Below are positions 49,392 through 56,241 of a DNA stretch of 64,000 nt, piece after piece. Source of the stretch: an uncultured Gemmatimonadales bacterium (lineage in GTDB: Bacteria > Gemmatimonadota > Gemmatimonadetes > Gemmatimonadales > GWC2-71-9); assembly GCA_963796335.1 (NCBI GenBank), contig CAWCLG010000006.1, positions 132,540-196,539 of the forward strand, in the 5' to 3' direction. A program made the translations under genes and the position numbers. Under the pieces are notes generated by a model, which saw only the letters and a list, made by a program, of their open reading frames with translations, did no database searches and had not been told where the DNA came from. The stretch's first letter is position 1. Each line of letters begins with the position of its first letter.

Positions 49392-50007
49392 GCAAGACAC
49401 GTGTCACAGTGTAAGTAACTGAGTAGTCATAGGCCGGCCGACTATTTGGTGCGGTTATGAGGCCGAGATTGTAGGATAAACTTCTCCCCAAGAGACCGCC
49501 TCAAGGCTCGCATTCGCGGCACAATGCGATTTCTGGGGGCGAGCTTCTTCCGGAACGGCCATGTTTATTCGATGTGTTGTCTCGGAACGGGATAGTCGTT
49601 CTAACCAGCCTATGGGCATCTTCACGGCGCTCATAGGCTGGGGCGCGAAGGCAGGCTCGCACCCCATGAACTCGAATGGTTCCACAACACCGAACAGTGG
49701 TTCAACGAGCGATTGGAACGCCCGGATCAACTATCATGGTCGGGGCGGCCAGATGCACTGCCCCTCGCAATTACATGGCTAAGAATGTCGGCTGGCTAAC
49801 CTTCGATGTCGCTGAGGTCCGTAGGGCGTTGGCGGATGCCAAGATGCTCTCGTGGGGAGAGGTTATCCCGACATTCGGATCTAGGTCGCTGAGTTCGGGT
49901 GTGGATCGTTCCAATGGCCGTATGCCTTCGGAGTCGCCTTCATACCAGAGCATTGTATGGACGTGAGAACGTGGTCTTTCTGGATGTGGGGCGCAATAGC
50001 ACTGGTC

Positions 50008-50112
50008 TTTACTTCATCGTCTTGTGAGCAGTGAGCCGCCAGGGATCAATAGCCGTAGGCAGCTCGCCTCGGATGTCTTTGCGTTTCATCCTCGTCCCCC
50101 AATTCAGGGATC
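50008..50112. repeat. X1: about 100 bp direct repeat, copy upstream of the HExxH gene
   Basis: Aligns by eye with 50872-50967 at roughly three quarters identity (cttgtga.cagtg...taggc.gctcgc.tcggat...ttcatc.tcgtccc...ttcag.g.tctc). Confidence 0.6.
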
Positions 50113-50168
50113 TCCTTCTCGAATGAGCACGCGAGCCCTTAGAGCCGCCGCCTGCAAGAGGCCATAGA

Positions 50169-50807
50169 GTGGTTGTCAACCTATCCAAGGTGTCGTATTC
50201 GGTCGTGTCTTGGGTTCGGGTACCGCTGCGATGGGCACTGCTGAATACCCTATTCCTCTTGTCGTCCAAGACGGTGATTGGGGGCATCGAAGTCATCGAT
50301 GTGGCCGAAGTGGATGTCGATCAAACTCTGCGTCGGCTTCGCGAAGCGCTAGACGTCATAAGGCGGACCGACGTCCGTCGTTATGAGCGCATGAGACGAG
50401 ACCTGCGGCGCATTGTCCTCATGAAGGCGGGTGTGCCTCAATTTGCATCCGAGGTAGGCGCATGCCTCATCAGGAGTGCTTATGTACGGGAGAAATCTGC
50501 CGAGGCAGTAGCCACAACGTTGGTACACGAGGCTGTGCACGCCCGTATTCATCGCCGTGGCGTAGGATATGGGCCTGGCCTGCGCATTCGCGTGGAGGAA
50601 GTCTGTGTCAAGCAGCAGATCGACTTCGCAAGGGCCCTGGGGAACCCTGAGATACTCAGTCATCTGACACAGGTGCTGAAGGCGCCGCTATGGGTGCTAG
50701 CACTGCAACACGAGGACACCATCGCAGCCCTGCGGAGTTTAGGAGTGCCGGAATGGATGCTTCGCCTGTATGACAAAGTCGCCTTCGCCATGCGACGCCA
50801 TACCTAG
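50169..50807 (+). CDS. hypothetical HExxH-motif protein (putative zinc metallopeptidase fold)
   Basis: 212 aa ORF (GTG start) with TLVHEAVHARIHRRG. No signal peptide and no recognised family. Low GC. Confidence 0.45.
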   Translation: MVVNLSKVSYSVVSWVRVPLRWALLNTLFLLSSKTVIGGIEVIDVAEVDVDQTLRRLREALDVIRRTDVRRYERMRRDLRRIVLMKAGVPQFASEVGACLIRSAYVREKSAEAVATTLVHEAVHARIHRRGVGYGPGLRIRVEEVCVKQQIDFARALGNPEILSHLTQVLKAPLWVLALQHEDTIAALRSLGVPEWMLRLYDKVAFAMRRHT

Positions 50808-50871
50808 GCAGCGCTGACGGCCTTGGCGTCCTCACACAGGAGGGCCCCGGCGCGCAACATGCCCGTTCGTA

Positions 50872-50967
50872 GTTGCTTCGTATCTTGTGAACAGTGGCAG
50901 GATCCGCAGTCCTAGGCGGCTCGCTCGGATCCCTTTCTCTTCATCTTCGTCCCTGCTTCAGAGTCTC
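50872..50967. repeat. X2: about 100 bp direct repeat, copy downstream of the HExxH gene, abutting R2
   Basis: See X1. Its 3' end runs into the triple-GTCTCA element. Confidence 0.6.
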
Positions 50968-50992
50968 AAAGTCTCACGTAGTCTCAAGACTC
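50961..50992. promoter_or_regulatory. R2: 32 bp triple-GTCTCA element (copy 2), candidate UAS for the rhs promoter
   Basis: gagtctcaaagtctcacgtagtctcaagactc ends in the palindrome AGTCTcaAGACT. Centred about 97 bp upstream of the -24 GG. Confidence 0.45.
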
Positions 50993-51071
50993 CATGAGAC
51001 GGTCGCACGATCCGGTCATCCTCCCCGCCTCCAAAAACTGTTGAAACCAATGACTTAGGTGCCCAGCCCTG

Positions 51072-51088
51072 GCGGCATGGTCACTGCT
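51072..51088 (+). promoter_or_regulatory. candidate sigma54 (-24/-12) promoter for rhs
   Basis: gcGGCATGgtcaCTGCt has GG-N10-GC spacing and the same CGGCAYG-N4-CTGC form as the gspE candidate. The GC lies 35 nt upstream of the GTG 51122 start proposed here. Confidence 0.45.
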
Positions 51089-51121
51089 CTCCCCTTCAGC
51101 ATCCCCGCTCCGGAGAGCCAT

Positions 51122-54100
51122 GTGTTCCGCACCGCCCACCGCTGCGCTGCCGCGCGGCTTCTGTTCGTCGCCCTCGCCACGCTCCTGCTCACGTCCGGTC
51201 CCGCTGCTGCGCAGTTCAGCACTCAGGCCCTAGGCGGCCTCGAGATTACTCCGGACTCGTCCACAATGATCGTGGCCCCGAATACGAACGGTCACCAGAT
51301 CGAGTTCCTCGCGCGCAATGAGCTGCTGACCACAGGAACCTGGTCATTCAGCTGCGTCGCGACGGGCAACGTGAGCTGTGTCTCCTTCCCCTCCGGGGCT
51401 ACCTACCCTTCGGGTGGAGGCGGTGAGCTGCTCGTCACCTTCAACGCGACGGCTGGTGGCACCGGCCGCATCACGTTGACGGCCTCCCCGGGAGGAGAAA
51501 CCGGCTCGGTCATCGTCGACATCGCCGAGCCGGGTGCGCCGGCCGTCACGCTGCAGAACCACAACCGGGACAACGTCGACCGTTCGATGTGCCTGACCGC
51601 GGGGGCCGGTGACGGTGCCGCGTGGAGCTGTGGCGACCTGGTGATCACTCACGCGATGCCGACCTACACCACGATGAACAAGGGACGGAACCTCACGCTG
51701 ATCCACAATTCGGCGACGACGCATCCGATGCCGCCGATCGCCGCGGTCATCAATCAGACCGGGCGCACGATCATGCAGGGCATCAGGGCGCAGGTATGGG
51801 TGGGCGCCACGCCGGTCCTACTTCGCTCAGTGGTGTATGACCCGTGGTCCACCGGGGTCGGCAGCTCCAGGCAAGTGGTGGTCGACTTCAATGCGGACAC
51901 GTTCTCGACCGGCGCCTATCCCATGGAGTTTCGAGTCGAGAACGTGTACCCAACGCTGCCGCCCTTTATCACGACGGTGAAGGACACCTTGCTGATCGTC
52001 AATCGAACCCGCAGCGAACTGGGGGCGGGTTTCGGAATCGCCGGCGTGGAGCAACTCTTCCTCAATCAGCCGGTGGGCACCGCACTGGGCCATCTGATGT
52101 GGGTCGGCGGGGACGGGTCGGCCAAGCTCTACCGGAAACTCAACGCCACGACATGGGTCGGGCCACTGGGCGGGTTCCAGGATACCATCTCGTTTGCATC
52201 CTCGAAGTACACCCGCACCATGAAGGGTGGTACCAAGGTCGAGTTCGATGCTACCGGCCGCCACACCGCGACCATCAACCGTGCTGGACAGACCACCACC
52301 TTCACCTGGACATCGACCCCGTCGGGTCCGCGCCTGACCGGCATAGCCGTGCCGCCGACGACGCAGGGCGGATCGTACACACTGGTCTATGAGACCACAG
52401 GCAGCCGCCTGCTCGATCTGATCCGCGACCCCGCGAACCGCACCCTGAACCTCACGATGGCGGATGGTCGCCCTACGATACTGATCGATCCTGACAATCT
52501 TCAAACCGAGTTCGGGTGGGACGTCACCAACCGGCGGATCACCTCACGCAAGAATCGGAAGGGTTGGACTACTCGCTACGAGTACTCCAAGGGCCTCGCC
52601 TGGGGCAGCAGAGTGACGAAGGTGACTGCCCCGATCGGCCGTACCGTCGATACAGAAACGGCTGCCACCGTGTTCGAGCCCTGGAACGACAAGGGGCTGG
52701 GTATTGCACCAACCAACCAGGATGCCGTCGTCGTTGCTCAGGTGGAGACTCGCATCCTCGGCCCGCGAGCGGGCGTCAACGACAATGCGGATTTCCTGGT
52801 CAACAAATGGGGTGCGCCCACCAGGGCAGAGAATGCGATCGGGGCGGTGACCACGTACGCCCGTTCCAGCGCCTCATTCCCGGCCTTGATCACGAGGATC
52901 ACCCATCCGAACGGCAGGATCACCGATCAGACCTACAACAACCGGGGCAACCTCACCAAGGTCAGGGACGATGTGAACCCGATCACGGGTGATCCCCAGA
53001 CTCGGGTGACGGTGTACGAATATCCTAGCTCCGGTCTCAACCGCGACTACCCCACCGCCGTCTGGGACTCACTCGCCTCGCCGACCAGGACCGAGTACGT
53101 CTACAACTCCATGGGCTTGCCCGACACCGTGCGCTCACCCGGCGGGCACCGCACCGGGTTCACCTACAAGACCAGCGGCGCGCTGAAGGGGCTGATGATC
53201 CGCAGCACGGAGGTCAGCGTCGAAACCTGGGAGGAAACCGCCACGGCGCAGGATACCGACTTCCAGTGGCGGAACCACGAGCGGCGCTTCGACTACGATG
53301 CCAAGGGCAACCTGCAGGCCGACACGTCAGCCGTCGGTGCCGTGACGTCGTTCAGTCGCGACGCCATGGGGCGGGTGACCAACGTTTACGACCCGCTCAA
53401 GACCAGGATCGAGCGGGTCTACGACCCGATGGATCGCGTGACCCAGACGAAGCACTATACCACGACGACGGCACATCCGATCGTCACCAACCCCCTGGCG
53501 GGCTGTATCGCCAATCAGGCGGTCTGCTCCGACAATACGGTGGCATGGGATCCACTGCCGAACCCGGTGAACACGACCTACAATCATGGAGCCATGAATC
53601 TCGAGTCGGTTCTGGATCCCCGATCGGTGCCCCGCACCTACGTGTACGACACGCGGGGACTCGTGATCGAGGAGAAGGACGATTACAACAAGTCCCGCCT
53701 GGCCTTCTATAACGAGGCCGGTCTGATCACGTCCTCCCGGTCCCGCACCAACCGTGAGGTCCGCTTCTACTACGACGCCGCAGGCCGGCGGACCGCCATG
53801 GCCTATGGCGCGGTGCCGAGTCCGGTGCCGGGTTCGGGGGCAAGCGTTCCGGGCGACAGCATCCGGTACACGTACGACAACATGGACAATCTGCTGACTG
53901 TCACGAACCGAGAGGGAACTATAACTCGCACGTACATGCGAAACGGGCTGGTCAAGCAGAAGACCATGAATTTTGTCGGCACGATTCCAAATGACGTCGT
54001 CACCTATGTGTACGATCGTGACGGCGTACTTCGGACTGCGACCCGCGGCTCGGACGTCGTGACATACAACTATCAGGCGGCGACCAGGAACCTCAGCACC

Positions 54101-55774
54101 ATGGTTGTCCAGCTAGGTGCCCCGGCCAGCATCACTCGGACCTTTACGTTCGACTGGGACTCGCTCGGCCGGACCCGCCGGATCACTTATCCCACCAACG
54201 CGTCCCACCCTCTGACCGTGGACTACCGGTACGACAGGGCGGGAATTCTCCGGCGCCTGGTGTCCAAGCAGACCGGTGCCGCCAGTACCATTCTGAACTT
54301 CACCTATCGCAACGTCGCGGTAGATCCCATCGGACGCATCATCCGCGACAGCCTGACCTGCTCGCCGAGCTCGGCTCCCGGTCCGTGCGAGGGCACGACC
54401 CCGATCCGGGTGGCGAACTCATACAGCCGGATGGGAGCCCTGCTGAGACAGGAGTATCGGCGCGGAGGGAGCCGGCAGGTCGATTCGATGAGCTATGACG
54501 CGTCGGGAAACATGAAGTTTCGGGTCCAGGAGGATCTTGGGCACATCCACACGTTCACGCTGGATGCCGGCGCGCACAACCGGCTGGCCAGCTTCGTACG
54601 CTCGGAGCTCGGCAATACCTCCCGTGCAATCACGTACAACCTTGATGGCGCTCGTCTGCGCGAAGTACGGGACCCTTGGAACGAAAACGTCCCCGAGGAG
54701 CGATACTACCACTATGATGGCCTCGGGCGCATGAGCGGCACGGGTGAATACCTCTTGGTCGGTAGCTCGTGGCAGTTCTCGGATCGGGAGACCGCATGCC
54801 AGTACGATGGCGACGGGCAAATGATCGGGCCGTGTGATAACGGGTCCCATTTCCTGCTGTTTGACGGGGACAATACGACTGGCACCACTGATGCCAATTC
54901 GCATGGCTGGCGGTTCTTCCACGCCCCAGGAATCGATTCACCGCTGCTGGGATACCTCCGCGGACCCAGCAACCGCCTCTACCTGTGGGTGACCGACGGC
55001 AGGGGCCGAGAGTTTGCTGTGGCGGACACGCTAGGGCGGCGGAATTCGTCGGAGGACGGGATTAGCCAGCTAGGTGACTGGCGATATGCTGGTGGCACAA
55101 AGGCCTCGAACAGCTTTGATGCTGACCGCTTCGGTTCGCCTCAGGCGCCGAAGCTGTCGTTCTTCCGGAACCGAGCGTATGATCAGGAGACCGGGCGGTG
55201 GACCCAGGAAGACCCGATAGGATTGGCTGGTGGGGTCAATCTCTATCAGTTCAATGGGAACGATCCAGCCTCTTATACCGATCCTTTCGGGCTATGTGTT
55301 CCTTGGTGCACGGCGTTGATCGGTGCAGCGGTCGGTGGGGGTGGCGCAGCAATCGCAACGCTGGCCTACAACGCGATGAACGACCGTCCGTTGGGCGAGA
55401 ACGTGGGACGCAATGCTCTCGTCGGCGGGGCTGCCGGTGGAGCCATCGGGCTCGGAGTTGGACTCTTCAGCGGAGCGGGAGCCGCTGTGGCGACTGGTGC
55501 GGCTCCGGTGGTAGGCAAGGGTACTGAACGTCTGATAGGCATGCTCGAGCAAGCCGGTCCCTCGATGGATGCAAGAATCAGGGCGGTTAGTGAGTATCTA
55601 CCGGCCGGCCAGAAAGCGGTGATGACCGCTCTTGAAGGTGGCTCCCGAATGCTGTCGGGGGGAGCAGGCTCCCGAGCTACTCAGGTAATCCTTAACGGCG
55701 ATGGAAGTACAATCGTGAAGAAGTTCAATACGGCAAAGGAAGCCTTTGAGGTGGTTAAGGAGATTAGGCCGTGA
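51122..55774 (+). CDS. Rhs/YD-repeat polymorphic toxin with Sec-type signal peptide and unrecognised C-terminal domain
   Basis: Many YD repeats (YxYDxxGxL) and a core ending in DPIGLAGGVNLYQFNGNDPASYTDPFGL. Start set at GTG 51122 (SD GGAGAG 5 nt upstream), giving the signal peptide FRTAHRCAAARLLFVALATLLLTSGPAAA|Q. The longest ORF starts at 51059. Confidence 0.88.
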   Translation: MFRTAHRCAAARLLFVALATLLLTSGPAAAQFSTQALGGLEITPDSSTMIVAPNTNGHQIEFLARNELLTTGTWSFSCVATGNVSCVSFPSGATYPSGGGGELLVTFNATAGGTGRITLTASPGGETGSVIVDIAEPGAPAVTLQNHNRDNVDRSMCLTAGAGDGAAWSCGDLVITHAMPTYTTMNKGRNLTLIHNSATTHPMPPIAAVINQTGRTIMQGIRAQVWVGATPVLLRSVVYDPWSTGVGSSRQVVVDFNADTFSTGAYPMEFRVENVYPTLPPFITTVKDTLLIVNRTRSELGAGFGIAGVEQLFLNQPVGTALGHLMWVGGDGSAKLYRKLNATTWVGPLGGFQDTISFASSKYTRTMKGGTKVEFDATGRHTATINRAGQTTTFTWTSTPSGPRLTGIAVPPTTQGGSYTLVYETTGSRLLDLIRDPANRTLNLTMADGRPTILIDPDNLQTEFGWDVTNRRITSRKNRKGWTTRYEYSKGLAWGSRVTKVTAPIGRTVDTETAATVFEPWNDKGLGIAPTNQDAVVVAQVETRILGPRAGVNDNADFLVNKWGAPTRAENAIGAVTTYARSSASFPALITRITHPNGRITDQTYNNRGNLTKVRDDVNPITGDPQTRVTVYEYPSSGLNRDYPTAVWDSLASPTRTEYVYNSMGLPDTVRSPGGHRTGFTYKTSGALKGLMIRSTEVSVETWEETATAQDTDFQWRNHERRFDYDAKGNLQADTSAVGAVTSFSRDAMGRVTNVYDPLKTRIERVYDPMDRVTQTKHYTTTTAHPIVTNPLAGCIANQAVCSDNTVAWDPLPNPVNTTYNHGAMNLESVLDPRSVPRTYVYDTRGLVIEEKDDYNKSRLAFYNEAGLITSSRSRTNREVRFYYDAAGRRTAMAYGAVPSPVPGSGASVPGDSIRYTYDNMDNLLTVTNREGTITRTYMRNGLVKQKTMNFVGTIPNDVVTYVYDRDGVLRTATRGSDVVTYNYQAATRNLSTMVVQLGAPASITRTFTFDWDSLGRTRRITYPTNASHPLTVDYRYDRAGILRRLVSKQTGAASTILNFTYRNVAVDPIGRIIRDSLTCSPSSAPGPCEGTTPIRVANSYSRMGALLRQEYRRGGSRQVDSMSYDASGNMKFRVQEDLGHIHTFTLDAGAHNRLASFVRSELGNTSRAITYNLDGARLREVRDPWNENVPEERYYHYDGLGRMSGTGEYLLVGSSWQFSDRETACQYDGDGQMIGPCDNGSHFLLFDGDNTTGTTDANSHGWRFFHAPGIDSPLLGYLRGPSNRLYLWVTDGRGREFAVADTLGRRNSSEDGISQLGDWRYAGGTKASNSFDADRFGSPQAPKLSFFRNRAYDQETGRWTQEDPIGLAGGVNLYQFNGNDPASYTDPFGLCVPWCTALIGAAVGGGGAAIATLAYNAMNDRPLGENVGRNALVGGAAGGAIGLGVGLFSGAGAAVATGAAPVVGKGTERLIGMLEQAGPSMDARIRAVSEYLPAGQKAVMTALEGGSRMLSGGAGSRATQVILNGDGSTIVKKFNTAKEAFEVVKEIRP

Positions 55775-56127
55775 CCAAGCATGCAGGGCACTCGCACGAG
55801 CGTGCCAGAGCCATCTGGAGATTCGCGGAGTCGGAAGAGGATGGCGAGACGTGGCTTCGTAATCCAGCCTTGTTACAAGGCTACGTTGATTACGAATCTC
55901 GTAGTGATGATGGTAATAGAATCTGGCGAAGAATTATGGTGGTGACCAAAGGCTGGCTGGAAAGCCAAGTTCAAAGCGTGCGCAAGGGAACTACTTCCCC
56001 TCTTTGGATTGCACTGCCGGCCTTGGTTGTCCTACCGGACGCGACTGGAGAAGAACTAAAAGCTGCGGTAGACGCGGTAATCGGACAGGGCGGCCTGGAC
56101 CCCTACTCGACGGCCCTATCCACTTAA
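55771..56127 (+). CDS. candidate cognate immunity protein
   Basis: GTG 55771 overlaps the rhs stop (GTGA), with AAGGAG 7 nt upstream. 118 aa. This is the lowest-GC stretch of the locus. Call is based on position only. Confidence 0.5.
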   Translation: MTKHAGHSHERARAIWRFAESEEDGETWLRNPALLQGYVDYESRSDDGNRIWRRIMVVTKGWLESQVQSVRKGTTSPLWIALPALVVLPDATGEELKAAVDAVIGQGGLDPYSTALST

Positions 56128-56241
56128 AGCAGTCGCTGAAGACCTTTGGCTAGCATCACATGGGCAGAAGCAGGGTTGAAGTCCCAGGTCCGCAACCCTC
56201 TCTGCCCTGGAGCCTCCGGCCCCCCGCGGTATTTTACTCGC

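Noticed and set aside
23956-56130. Integrase, transposase or other mobility genes that would justify a mobile_element call for the tRNA-adjacent segment or the rhs region.
   Set aside because: None was found on either strand. The two regions are reported only as compositionally atypical, not as defined mobile elements.
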